Virus record (IMG/VR): IMGVR_UViG_3300028845_000328
Length of the DNA stretch: 64,000 nucleotides
Source of the DNA: a virus
Strand: one strand, 5' to 3'
Every line of letters starts with the position of its first letter. The first letter of the stretch is position 1. The translations under genes were made by a program, and so were the position numbers. Positions 16,574-26,331 of this stretch are shown here, one piece after another. A model generated the notes under the pieces. That model ran no database searches, was not told the origin of the DNA, and worked only from the letters and a program-made list of their open reading frames with translations.

Positions 16574-18502
16574 TTATTTAGATTTAATTCCAAATTTTTC
16601 TTTCATACTTTTATATTCCCCGTTCAACCACTTCAAAGCACCCAAAAATTCTTTTGCTATCGCCTGCTGTTGCGCAAACGCATCCCGAAAAACATCAAGT
16701 GTCGCCGCTGCTGTATCAGTTGCATTTTGTGTTCCGCGATAGCTTTGACCACTAACGCTTTCAACTTTGTTAGAAGCCGAATCCGCTCCGGTAGCTTTTT
16801 TGTTTATCTGTTCGTTAATTTCCCAAATATTTTTCCCGGTTTTAGCCCTCTCGTTAGCTTCGGTCGCTGTAGATATTCCCAATTGTTTTTCGAGAATGCC
16901 TCTAGTTTCAGGGTCAAGGTCTTTCATCAAATCTTTCATGAAGCCCATATTTGCTTTACTCGTTATCCCTTCTTCTGCACCAGCCATAGCGCCTAAAAGA
17001 CTTTTTCCCGAATTCAAATGTCCTGCCATAGCGATTGAGTTCATGAGGCTGCCTGATTTTTTGAATCCCTGATCAATACCCGAATATACAGAACTCAGTC
17101 TGGCATCCCTGACACCAGTCATTGCAAGACCGCCAAGCACGTTCGATACATCGGATGTTTTCTGAATTCCCATTCCGGATGTGTATGCGTTTTCGGAGAG
17201 TCCGGAAACAGTCTGAAAAAACTCGGCCTGTCGTAGACCGGAAAATCCTGAATGAATTGCATCTGACATAATTTTTTTCATGTCATCTTTATTTCCACTG
17301 AAATTTCCATACTTTTCCATTTTGGCAAAAAGTTCAGCTCCTTGAGTCCCGCCAATTCCTTGGGATAAACCGAATTTCATACCTCGCGTAACGCTATTAT
17401 CCTTATTATATATGTAACGCTGCTGTTCATCCTCCTCCCATTTTTTCCATTTCATTTTTCCATCTTCATTTAGGAATTGGATTTCCCCTTTTTTGTGCAG
17501 ATATGTTTGTGTTGGGTCTTTTTTTAGTATTGAATTATAAACATCTGCGTCACCGCCTATAATTCTAGAACGGGATATTCCAATTTTAGCCAGCTCTGCA
17601 TTTGAAACTAAACTACCACCACCGGAAATATATTTGCCATAAACATCAAGAGTTGAATCCTGAGACTGCATAGATTGCTGGTGCATCCCAGCCATTGATG
17701 AAACCATTGATAGATATGCTCCAGCAGCAACACCTAATCCCAGTGGGATAGCATTTGCAGCGTTTCCAATTTTAGTTAACATTCCACTTTTTCCAGATTC
17801 TGGGTTAATATTAGTCTGTATCGGATTTGTAGGCATTGCTGGGGACCCTGTCAATTTCCGGATGGTTTCCTCTGAAGCCGGACGTAGCGGAGACATCCCA
17901 GGAATACCTGAGTGTCCGGGAAAGCCGGGAATCAGTGGAGAGCTGCCACGTCCTGGCGAACCAGGCATACCACCCTGAAACCCCGGAAATCCTCCCATAC
18001 CCGGCATCCCGGGAATACCTGAGATTTTACCAAACGTCGCGCTTTTGAAAATCGCATTTGCAAATGTTACACCTTTTTTACCGATAGTACCTACACCATC
18101 AATGTGCGTACCCTTGAACTTATCAGCGTCGGCTTTCATCGACTTCTGGATCATTTGCATAATTTCTTTCGGTGGAGCTTCAGCTTTTTGCTGTTTCTTG
18201 TATGCCTTTGTAAAGCCATCGCTAACTTTCTTGAAAGATTCGATTTTCCTTGTAACCACACCGGAAAATTCTCCGGACTTTAACTCAGCCGCGTCCTGCT
18301 TAAGCTGCCCTCCTATTGATTGTCCAGTCTGGTTGCCTTCGCTGATAGCCTGTGTCGCACTTCGTTCATCCCTTCTTAGGATTGAGTCTTTCGGTGGTTT
18401 TCTGCCACTGTGTTGCTCCATAGCAAACCGTCTTTTCATCTCATCGCTCATAAGAGCATACAACCTGTCTGCTGATAATTTAACCGATTTGTCTATGGCC
18501 AT
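16574..18502 (-). CDS. Tape measure protein
   Basis: Follows tube and chaperone genes; Gly/Ala/Met-rich helical composition. Confidence 0.75.
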   Translation of the reverse strand: MAIDKSVKLSADRLYALMSDEMKRRFAMEQHSGRKPPKDSILRRDERSATQAISEGNQTGQSIGGQLKQDAAELKSGEFSGVVTRKIESFKKVSDGFTKAYKKQQKAEAPPKEIMQMIQKSMKADADKFKGTHIDGVGTIGKKGVTFANAIFKSATFGKISGIPGMPGMGGFPGFQGGMPGSPGRGSSPLIPGFPGHSGIPGMSPLRPASEETIRKLTGSPAMPTNPIQTNINPESGKSGMLTKIGNAANAIPLGLGVAAGAYLSMVSSMAGMHQQSMQSQDSTLDVYGKYISGGGSLVSNAELAKIGISRSRIIGGDADVYNSILKKDPTQTYLHKKGEIQFLNEDGKMKWKKWEEDEQQRYIYNKDNSVTRGMKFGLSQGIGGTQGAELFAKMEKYGNFSGNKDDMKKIMSDAIHSGFSGLRQAEFFQTVSGLSENAYTSGMGIQKTSDVSNVLGGLAMTGVRDARLSSVYSGIDQGFKKSGSLMNSIAMAGHLNSGKSLLGAMAGAEEGITSKANMGFMKDLMKDLDPETRGILEKQLGISTATEANERAKTGKNIWEINEQINKKATGADSASNKVESVSGQSYRGTQNATDTAAATLDVFRDAFAQQQAIAKEFLGALKWLNGEYKSMKEKFGIKSK

Positions 18503-18503
18503 T

Positions 18504-18869
18504 TCATTCCCCTCTTTCGTCTTTCAGTAATTTTTCCAACTGACTGATATAGTCTGCTTTTTTCGATTCTGCAATTTTTACCCGAACATCCTCGAAACCA
18601 ACCGCGTCGCCGGCTCCGATGAATTCGAGAGGGTCTGCATTTCTTGCCCTTTCAAGTTTTCTGGAAATGTCGATAAAATTCTTGATACTCTTGAAATCTT
18701 TGAATAACGAGTCGGCAAGGAAAATTCCATATTTTTCTTCCGGTTCGAAGTCTCCTAGATCACTGTATCCTTTCGGCAATATCCTGTACTCTCGCAGGAG
18801 GTACAGGTTCATTAGCAGGTCTTGATTCTGGAGTAGTTTCTCTATTTCCGCCTCTATCGTTATTTTTTT
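18504..18869 (-). CDS. Tail assembly chaperone, frameshift (GT-like) portion
   Basis: Frame of track ORF 18504..18812 stays open up to 18869, bounded by a TAA immediately 5' of an A9 run. Confidence 0.65.
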   Translation of the reverse strand, partial: KKITIEAEIEKLLQNQDLLMNLYLLREYRILPKGYSDLGDFEPEEKYGIFLADSLFKDFKSIKNFIDISRKLERARNADPLEFIGAGDAVGFEDVRVKIAESKKADYISQLEKLLKDERGE

Positions 18870-19188
18870 TTAACGATTCTTTGAAGGCATTGAATCGTTT
18901 CACGTACTCAGTAAAGACCTGCAAAACAAGCTCTTCGTCTTCGCATTCCGCAAAATCGATTTTTTTGAATTGCTCTGGCCGATCAGAGATTACATAATTC
19001 AGCGTTTCCGCCATCATTGCAGAAGAGTAAACATGTTCTGGTATAGATACGACTGGCACGCCTCCAAGCCTCATGGCCACTCTGACGGATATATTGGTTC
19101 TATCGGAAGGCTTTGGAAAAGTTCCTCCAAAGCGTAGTCCGTTTACAACGAAAGTGAAATTTCTTTCTAAATCAGGAAACAAGGACAT
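18760..19188 (-). CDS. Tail assembly chaperone (G-like)
   Basis: Lies between tube and tape measure; contains the slippery TTA AAA AAA AAT. Confidence 0.7.
   Translation of the reverse strand: MSLFPDLERNFTFVVNGLRFGGTFPKPSDRTNISVRVAMRLGGVPVVSIPEHVYSSAMMAETLNYVISDRPEQFKKIDFAECEDEELVLQVFTEYVKRFNAFKESLKKNNDRGGNRETTPESRPANEPVPPARVQDIAERIQ
18863..18871 (-). other. Putative programmed frameshift / slippage site (A9)
   Basis: A9 run where the +1(-2) frame opens. Confidence 0.6.
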
Positions 19189-19190
19189 AT

Positions 19191-19634
19191 TTAGTTATAC
19201 GCCTCCATGTGCTGAATCTTCACAATCTTAAACGAACAATTCCGGCTGGACGGCTGCGTAGAGCCAATGTTTGTTTTTTGTGTGTTCAACTTGGCAATTA
19301 CCCGCATGATTCTTTTCCCAGTAGACTTCTCCCGGAATTCTACCAAATGGCCTTTGGTTGTAAGAATATTCTGCATGTCCGGGAGTTTTATTTTCCCCGG
19401 GTCTTTGTTGTCCGTAATGATCCAGAGCTTGCATGAAAACGAACCTTCGAAAAACAAAGCCTTTATGTCCTTTGGGTTGAAGTCACCGATTGCCCGAATA
19501 TCCGTCTGGTTATAGTTCTCATCGATGTCCACATCGTCCATATAGGCTACTGCCTTATCGTCCACGTAAACGAGAGCGTTTGACCCTACGAGAATCGAAG
19601 TATCAGGAATTTGCCCTATTGAAATATCTTCCAT
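19191..19634 (-). CDS. Tail tube protein
   Basis: 147 aa directly after the sheath; DIRAIGDF motif typical of myovirus tubes. Confidence 0.8.
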   Translation of the reverse strand: MEDISIGQIPDTSILVGSNALVYVDDKAVAYMDDVDIDENYNQTDIRAIGDFNPKDIKALFFEGSFSCKLWIITDNKDPGKIKLPDMQNILTTKGHLVEFREKSTGKRIMRVIAKLNTQKTNIGSTQPSSRNCSFKIVKIQHMEAYN

Positions 19635-19645
19635 TTATTCTCTCC

Positions 19646-21430
19646 TTACGCCTTGCCCTGCAAAGGATAAAGGCTTAAAATATAAAAGATGAAATTGATC
19701 GGCAATACGACATTCCCTTGCAAATCAGTAAATGACCATGTGTCACCATCAATCCGGATTCCGATTTCTTCCTTGAAAGCTTTTATACCAAGCTCTGCGG
19801 ATCCCATGAGAAAGCCTTCTTCAACAAATGTCTGGAGTGAACGCTCCACGTATCCGATCACATCGGATACCCGAACACCCTGAACAAGTGCTTGATCGTC
19901 GACCGGAGCTCGTCCAGTGAACCGGCTATTGAATCCTTCCCGAAGTCGTCTTACCATCGTTAAGGCAACAGCGACAGATGATTTCTCATTAAGTACGATA
20001 TTGTCCTTTAGTTCAGTTGTTACCGACCTCTCGATTATCCACGCTAGATTTGATGGGTCCTGACGAATTACAAGACCACCGTCACGAATACATTGGTCGC
20101 CAATAAGCCCATGAAGGTTTTCCATCGAACGAAGGATATTCAGTTGCTTCCACGTAGGAGAATGTCTCGGAGAATTTGAGGCAGAGATCGCATTGTCAAT
20201 CACTGACAACATGAATCCGGGATAGGTTTTTTTATTTCCGTCAAGTCCAAAGAACTCAAACTTTTCAATCCCATAGTTCATCCAATAAACGCCCATTGTT
20301 CTAGCTTCTGAACGTCTTTCGTCAACTGTCTGAACAAGATCGCCACCACAACCACAAATAGTTTCTTTCTGGCCGTCTGGAGAAATCATGTCGTATCCGG
20401 CTGTTTTCCAGGCCACTTTGTCTGAAAGAGTAGATGTGAGGAGGTTCCTGTATAGTCCGGAAACCTTTTTACTGAAAGTGATTGCATCTTTTACTGCGGT
20501 GCCACTGGGGGTTCCGGTTACGCCACCTTGCGTTAGAAAAATTGGACTGGTTGTTCCAGCAAGTGCCTTCCTTGTAGCTCCAACTGAAATTTCAGCGAGT
20601 CCTGAATTCAAGAGAAAGATTTCCTCTTCATACAAGTCTGCATAGATTGTGGCGGCAGTTGTTTTTACAGAGATATTATCTGCTGCTTTGATATGGTCAA
20701 GTTTTCCACAAGCAAATTCCGGAGCGTCAATGAGATTTGCTACATATCCTGTCTTGGAATTGATAAAATCGACGGCCTCTCCTATAGTCGGATAGTCTGC
20801 ATAAAGGACGTCGAGACTCGTTGAACCATCAGTAGGAGGAGTTCCAGAAAGAGTCACGTTGATTTTAGTTGCATCAATTGTGATCTTTGCCACTGCCCCG
20901 TCACCGGTATATGTAATATCAAATACTTTCCGTTCAAGTTTTGGAGATGTTTGACTACCGGAAGCATCACCGATCTCAATCGTTTTCGAAGCCGAATTCT
21001 TCTTTACTCTTACTTTTTTCCCGTTTGGGCCGGGTATCGGATAAGAAATCCGATGAGTTTCTCCAGTTTCAAGAGATAAAAAATCAGAATAGGCTTTCGT
21101 ATTCGGACAAATATTCAAAATCTTGAATAGCTGCGGGCCACCAGCAAAATCGTCTTCGCTGGATGGAGAATCTGCTAAATAAATAGCCTCAAGTAGCTCC
21201 CCGCCACCGAGAACTTTCTTGGCATCTTCGAAATTCGTGAATAGCATATAGCGTTCATCATCAGTAAGAGTAGCATCATTACAATTAACGCCATTGTTTG
21301 CTTTCCCTATAATGACCTGAGTGAATTCATCTTGTGAAACCCCTTGACTTACGCTTGGTGCGCGAAACTTTCCTCTTGCCCCAGGCCCCACATACGATCG
21401 GCCTTCGAATACTTTTCCTTTTACGCCCAT
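19646..21430 (-). CDS. Contractile tail sheath protein (Twort/K-like)
   Basis: N-terminal FEGRSYVGPG, GGGELLEAI and C-terminal sheath pattern (LRRLREGFNSRFTG-like, INFI). Confidence 0.9.
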   Translation of the reverse strand: MGVKGKVFEGRSYVGPGARGKFRAPSVSQGVSQDEFTQVIIGKANNGVNCNDATLTDDERYMLFTNFEDAKKVLGGGELLEAIYLADSPSSEDDFAGGPQLFKILNICPNTKAYSDFLSLETGETHRISYPIPGPNGKKVRVKKNSASKTIEIGDASGSQTSPKLERKVFDITYTGDGAVAKITIDATKINVTLSGTPPTDGSTSLDVLYADYPTIGEAVDFINSKTGYVANLIDAPEFACGKLDHIKAADNISVKTTAATIYADLYEEEIFLLNSGLAEISVGATRKALAGTTSPIFLTQGGVTGTPSGTAVKDAITFSKKVSGLYRNLLTSTLSDKVAWKTAGYDMISPDGQKETICGCGGDLVQTVDERRSEARTMGVYWMNYGIEKFEFFGLDGNKKTYPGFMLSVIDNAISASNSPRHSPTWKQLNILRSMENLHGLIGDQCIRDGGLVIRQDPSNLAWIIERSVTTELKDNIVLNEKSSVAVALTMVRRLREGFNSRFTGRAPVDDQALVQGVRVSDVIGYVERSLQTFVEEGFLMGSAELGIKAFKEEIGIRIDGDTWSFTDLQGNVVLPINFIFYILSLYPLQGKA

Positions 21431-21446
21431 CTATGACTCCTTTTTC

Positions 21447-21719
21447 TTATTTCCCGTAAAACTCCTGAAATGCCTTCTCGAAATCTGATTCAGCTTTGAA
21501 TTCATTGAACCGTGGTCTATTTTTTATGCAGAAATTCTTAAACGCGTGAGTCATTGAATACCTCTCCAATTCCGGTTTCGAGGATATGAATTTCTCAAGA
21601 GGATTTACTTGTGCAGCATCCGGTAATTTCTTTTCCTCGGTAGGTTCTGACTGATTGCTTCCATTTTCCGGTAGTTTTTGTTCGTCAGCTTGGTTGTTTC
21701 TTTTATCGCCTAATGCCAT
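21447..21719 (-). CDS. Small protein preceding the sheath
   Basis: Track ORF; first gene after a promoter motif. Confidence 0.6.
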   Translation of the reverse strand: MALGDKRNNQADEQKLPENGSNQSEPTEEKKLPDAAQVNPLEKFISSKPELERYSMTHAFKNFCIKNRPRFNEFKAESDFEKAFQEFYGK

Positions 21720-21747
21720 TTGTCACCGTCCGATTTCGATAGAGAGG

Positions 21748-21777
21748 GACGAAAAACATAGGCTGAAAAAAATGCAA
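21748..21777 (-). promoter_or_regulatory. Late-promoter-like motif TTGCAT-N17-TTTCGTC
   Basis: Matches the recurrent motif; heads the tail operon. Confidence 0.7.
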
Positions 21778-21800
21778 TAAAAAATTAAAAGATTTTGTTT

Positions 21801-22595
21801 TTAAATTAGAGCTGGGTTCGTGCCAAATCCTTTCAAGCCTGATAAATTCGATTTTGACCTATCCGACAGGGAAACATCTGCCTTCCTGATAAGAGGTTCT
21901 TCAGACAGCATAAAGATTCTTCTGATCTGGCGAACTTGTAATTTTACTTCAAAACCAAATGCGCCTCGCCCTATCTGTGGAGCTTCAATATTCAATTGAG
22001 GACTCCCGTTTAACAATACCGTAACTTTGAATCGTTTATGCAAATCCGTCTTAATAAATGGCAAAACAGCATCGACGCCTTTATAAATGTCCTGTGCAGA
22101 TTTTCTAGCTGAAGACCCTAATGGCCCTGACCAACCTGAAATCATCACATTCGATACAATGTGGCCCGTAACAGATTCAACCTGCTTAAATGCCCTGGAT
22201 TCTAATGATTTCTTGTATAGGGCATACGAGATGTTTTCGTATTCTGAATCTTTCTTGTTTTCACGCTCCATGTATGCCTGAATCTTATTTTTTATCCTTG
22301 AATCGAATCCGAAGTAGTCAGTATTTCCTCCGAGATCGTCTGCGTTCTCATCGTTCTCCCATTCAACACCGATTTTCGGGAAAAAGTTGTCTCCTTCATT
22401 ATTTTTTCCATAATCAGAACTGTTATTTTGTGCAAATGTATAGACAGGATGTCCGTATGTGACAAGGCTCTTTGTTTTTATACCGCGTTCATCCAATCCA
22501 GTCATTGGAAGAAATTTATTCAGAGCTTCGATAATCCTGAATTCAGGATCGCATTGCCACATTGATAGAATTAAGCCATTTTGATAATTATCCAT
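21801..22595 (-). CDS. Tail terminator / head-tail joining protein
   Basis: Position before the sheath; FFPKIGVE pattern. Confidence 0.5.
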   Translation of the reverse strand: MDNYQNGLILSMWQCDPEFRIIEALNKFLPMTGLDERGIKTKSLVTYGHPVYTFAQNNSSDYGKNNEGDNFFPKIGVEWENDENADDLGGNTDYFGFDSRIKNKIQAYMERENKKDSEYENISYALYKKSLESRAFKQVESVTGHIVSNVMISGWSGPLGSSARKSAQDIYKGVDAVLPFIKTDLHKRFKVTVLLNGSPQLNIEAPQIGRGAFGFEVKLQVRQIRRIFMLSEEPLIRKADVSLSDRSKSNLSGLKGFGTNPALI

Positions 22596-23388
22596 TTCGT
22601 TTCCTCTTCCTTTTATTCACATAATCCAAAATGTCTGCAAATAAAGCTTCTGCCAATTTGTTGCGAACTTCTGAATTTGCCATGACTGTATCTGCAACTT
22701 TCTGAAGTGTTTCCACAAATTTCTGTGGTTTGACGGCCGGATATGGCTTCCAATTTGATTCGGACGTAACCATAACAAGATTTTTCGTGACAGAACTTGA
22801 CCCGCCTTTTTCATTTTGTTGTCTAAAAATAACTGTGTTCTTTCCACCAATATATTTATCCCTTACCTGAACAGTAGAAGAAGCATATTTATTTCTGAGA
22901 ATAGTTTGCCCATCCTCCCCTTTCTCGCGATAAGTCCCTGTTATAGTAAGAACTGTCCTAAGCGACTCTTGTGGTTCAGTACCTCCTCCGGTTCCTGAAC
23001 TATTTTCTCTTGGGTTCATCGGTACAATTAAATATTTCTTCCCGTTGGCGCTGATTCGAACTTTTCGGGATTTCATCAGGCTGGCAACTATATCAAATTG
23101 CGGTCTCCCATCTTCTACTACCTTTTCGTAATTTTTGTTTCCCTTCGTCGGCTGATAGTAAATTTGGAAACCCAGCCTATTACGTTTGACTACGATTTGA
23201 CCATTTTTCAGATATTGAGCGCCCCACCAACCAAGACCGCCATCGTGAACCCTAACTCCGGATCGCTTTCCTGCCAAAAACTCCCATTTGTTTTTTATTC
23301 CTACAGCTTCTGAAAAAAGAAGTCCCCAGAACCGTCTGAAATCGTTCGGATTTGTGCTTACCCTTGGGAGAATATCAGCTATGTTCAT
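22588..23388 (-). CDS. Neck / tail completion protein
   Basis: Position and basic composition; KYLIVPM pattern seen in Twort-like neck proteins. Confidence 0.5.
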   Translation of the reverse strand: MNIADILPRVSTNPNDFRRFWGLLFSEAVGIKNKWEFLAGKRSGVRVHDGGLGWWGAQYLKNGQIVVKRNRLGFQIYYQPTKGNKNYEKVVEDGRPQFDIVASLMKSRKVRISANGKKYLIVPMNPRENSSGTGGGTEPQESLRTVLTITGTYREKGEDGQTILRNKYASSTVQVRDKYIGGKNTVIFRQQNEKGGSSSVTKNLVMVTSESNWKPYPAVKPQKFVETLQKVADTVMANSEVRNKLAEALFADILDYVNKRKRKRNG

Positions 23389-26126
23389 GTTTTTTTCTTA
23401 TATTTTGCGCTAAATTCTTTGATCGCCTGAGATGTTTTTGCTTGACTTGTTTTTTCCTTTGTGGTATTTTCAGAAATAGAGGAAGGGGAAGTCGTCTTGG
23501 ACGTTGAGTTTCGGGGGGAATTTCCCACTGTTACGTCCCCAACCTCGCCTTTTTGCTTGAACATTGTCTTTGGAACAAAGTCATTTCCTTTATTTCTAAC
23601 TTCTTCCACATAGAAAAATAGGTCTTTAATTGCCTTTTCATATCTTATCGTTTCAAGCCCCTGATGGGATTTTCCAACAGAATAAATTCTATTAGGATTT
23701 CCAATTATTTCAGGAATTTTTTGGAAATCTTCCTTTTTGACAGGTAACTGTCCTCTTAATTTTTCACGTCTTTCATTGCCATGCGAATTAAGAATATGTA
23801 TAACTTCATATTTAGTCAATAAATGCGATCCATCGGTTACAATTATTCCAAATTTTTCTTTTAGAAAGTCAGCCTCTTTTTTATCTATTTTTTTGATTAC
23901 TATTTCCTTAGCTGTGTTATCGCTAGAGGAAAAGCATTCATCAACAAAGTTTCTAATTTTTTCCTCAACCTGCCCTACGTTATCTTTTTTTGCGGTAATT
24001 TCAGATACTTCTGACCAACCATCAGCATTCTTCTTGTGTTTTTTCCCATCCGACCATGTATGGATTTCTCCGATATTAGCCTTAGAACGTTTTCTGCCTT
24101 TCAAAAATTCTAAGATGAATATTGCATTCTTGGATTTGAATAATAGCTCCGGTGTCATTGAATCAACTTTCAACTCGCTGAATTTTTTTTTCAGTGAATC
24201 CCTAAAAGCGGAAATCGAATTTATCACTACAGATAGCTTTTCCAGTTCCGTTTCGAGTGACGACTCTCCCTTGGTCGCTATAATCGAGGCTGCGAGTTTC
24301 TTAGCGCTATTTTCATTCAAACTTGTTACTGTGTCCCCAAGATATTTCTGGATAGGTTGTTGAATTTTCTTCAATAGATTTTCAAAGCCAACGGTTGCAG
24401 CTTTTGCAGAATCCTCACCTCCTGAGTATTTTATCGCCTCTCTTTCTACATCACTTTTTCCGGATGAATCTACAGAACCGAAATTGAAAGTTTGCGATTT
24501 GAGAGAAGAAATATACAACTTTACCTGAGAAGGAGTTATTCCTTTTGATTTATTCTGAGAATACCAATTAAATGCTTTTCTTTGAATCGTGCCGTTTTGG
24601 GTGCCGTCATCGTTCAAGCCATATCTTCCTAATACAATGGCAATTGTTTCATTAAGCGATTCTTTTTTCTCTTTTGACCCGTCATTTGAATCATCCTTCT
24701 TACGGATATTGTATTTAGCGTCCGTTCTGAGTAGGTCTTTCAATTCCGGAATAAGATTGTTTAGAGCAATAGTTCCTTTTACATATTCCTGAGATTCTCC
24801 GGTTCTTTGTGCAATTTCCTGTATAGTTTTACCCTGTTTGACCAGTGAGTCGTAAGCCTTTGCATCATCCAACCGTTCGACCTCGCGCCGATTTTTGTTA
24901 GCCGATACCTGTGCCAAAAGCCTGTCTGCTTCAGAATTATATTTTTCTTCAACAACTGGTACAGAAAAGTCGTTCGGGAGCAACCCATCTTTGATTAACT
25001 GTGATACTGCTTCAAACCTATGGTGTCCATCGACTACCCTATATTTCCCATCCGGTCCTTTATCGACCTTGAGTGGTTCCGCAACGTCATAACCATTTGC
25101 AAGAATGGAGTCTTTTATTCCGGAAATTATTTTTTCGTTGAAGTGCTTCTTGTCGGTATATTGCTCAATGGTCGTAATTTCAGAAGCTGGAGCATTTTTA
25201 ACTCTTTTTGAAACTTGCTCTTTCTTTTTTTCTTCGATTTTCTCCTTAATCTTCCTTATTTCATTAGATTTTTTTGTATTTTCGTCTTGACTTGTTTTTT
25301 CTTTTGTGATATTTTTGAATTTAGGGAGAGGGGGAACGTTTCCGGACGAAGGAGAGGGGTTGTTCTCAGGGACAACATCATTAGCTCGCCCCCCGACCCT
25401 TCTTTTATACATCGTCTTAACCGCTAATTCCTTACTTCCTGTCCTTACTTCTTCAACAACAATTAATATATCATCAATCCTTTTTTCATAACGAATTAAA
25501 TTGAGACCTGTTTTACTAAACCCACTTAGAAGTTCTATTTTATCAGGCAATATTAAAATTTCAGGTATTTTTTCAATATCTTCAGATGTTACTGGTAGCT
25601 GACCTCTTGGAATTTCAGTAGAAGCATTCCCATGATCTTTTATTATTTTTCTAACAGTATCATGGTCTATTGAATGTTTATACAATTTTACTTCATTGGC
25701 ATTGACGCCAATCTTTTCTAATATATCCTCTTCTTCTTTTGATATTTTTTTTATATATCTCCGTTTAAATCCACTTTTTACAGATAGTGCATTCTTTATA
25801 AAATCTTCGAATGATTCTCTATCATTAGATTCACTTGCGCTGCCGGAAATAACGGGAGGTTTTTCAGGTGGTTCTTCATTTCTACCACCACGATTAGAAA
25901 GTGCTAAGTTCTCTTTCGGAACGTTTAAAGAAGATACTATTTCATCATCTTTTTTGTTATTTACTACACTGAATTTTGTAGGATGAGATTTGTCATAAGC
26001 AGCTTTCGAATACCAGTATTTCCAGCGTCCATTACCCCACTCACGCTTATAGTATTTTGATCCTTCTACTTGCTGGCCTTTTCGGGCCTTTAGGAATTCT
26101 TTTATTATTTGGAGAGATTCGCCCAT
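23385..26126 (-). CDS. Polyvalent protein: tag - PBECR3-like - ParB-like - TWxDG - PBECR3-like
   Basis: Two HG...RGQLPV..ED..KIPEI...IRYEK...VEEVR...KTM.K domains flank a ParB core VVDGHHRFEA. Confidence 0.75.
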   Translation of the reverse strand: MGESLQIIKEFLKARKGQQVEGSKYYKREWGNGRWKYWYSKAAYDKSHPTKFSVVNNKKDDEIVSSLNVPKENLALSNRGGRNEEPPEKPPVISGSASESNDRESFEDFIKNALSVKSGFKRRYIKKISKEEEDILEKIGVNANEVKLYKHSIDHDTVRKIIKDHGNASTEIPRGQLPVTSEDIEKIPEILILPDKIELLSGFSKTGLNLIRYEKRIDDILIVVEEVRTGSKELAVKTMYKRRVGGRANDVVPENNPSPSSGNVPPLPKFKNITKEKTSQDENTKKSNEIRKIKEKIEEKKKEQVSKRVKNAPASEITTIEQYTDKKHFNEKIISGIKDSILANGYDVAEPLKVDKGPDGKYRVVDGHHRFEAVSQLIKDGLLPNDFSVPVVEEKYNSEADRLLAQVSANKNRREVERLDDAKAYDSLVKQGKTIQEIAQRTGESQEYVKGTIALNNLIPELKDLLRTDAKYNIRKKDDSNDGSKEKKESLNETIAIVLGRYGLNDDGTQNGTIQRKAFNWYSQNKSKGITPSQVKLYISSLKSQTFNFGSVDSSGKSDVEREAIKYSGGEDSAKAATVGFENLLKKIQQPIQKYLGDTVTSLNENSAKKLAASIIATKGESSLETELEKLSVVINSISAFRDSLKKKFSELKVDSMTPELLFKSKNAIFILEFLKGRKRSKANIGEIHTWSDGKKHKKNADGWSEVSEITAKKDNVGQVEEKIRNFVDECFSSSDNTAKEIVIKKIDKKEADFLKEKFGIIVTDGSHLLTKYEVIHILNSHGNERREKLRGQLPVKKEDFQKIPEIIGNPNRIYSVGKSHQGLETIRYEKAIKDLFFYVEEVRNKGNDFVPKTMFKQKGEVGDVTVGNSPRNSTSKTTSPSSISENTTKEKTSQAKTSQAIKEFSAKYKKKT
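23441..23470. repeat. 30-bp direct repeat, copy 1 (28/30 identical to 25286..25315)
   Basis: cttgacttgttttttc[c/t]tttgtg[g/a]tatttt, encoding N(T/I)TKEKTSQ after each PBECR3-like domain. Confidence 0.8.
25286..25315. repeat. 30-bp direct repeat, copy 2
   Basis: See copy 1 at 23441..23470. Confidence 0.8.
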
Positions 26127-26135
26127 TGAGGTATG

Positions 26136-26165
26136 GACGGAAATAGGAAATGTTTACAAAGTCAA
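26136..26165 (-). promoter_or_regulatory. Late-promoter-like motif TTGACT-N17-TTCCGTC
   Basis: 9 nt upstream of an SD-less ATG at 26126. Confidence 0.65.
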
Positions 26166-26331
26166 TGATTTTACGGTTCGTTGATAATCATTTCAACACC
26201 CTCTTTTTTCTTTGGGTCAAAATTTCTAGGGAGTTTTCCGTATTTAGCCTCTTCCTCTTCCATTACTCTATTCCAGTTCTTATCAATCAGTTCAACAACG
26301 TCGATTCTTCCAGGGATTTTTTTTTCTTCGC

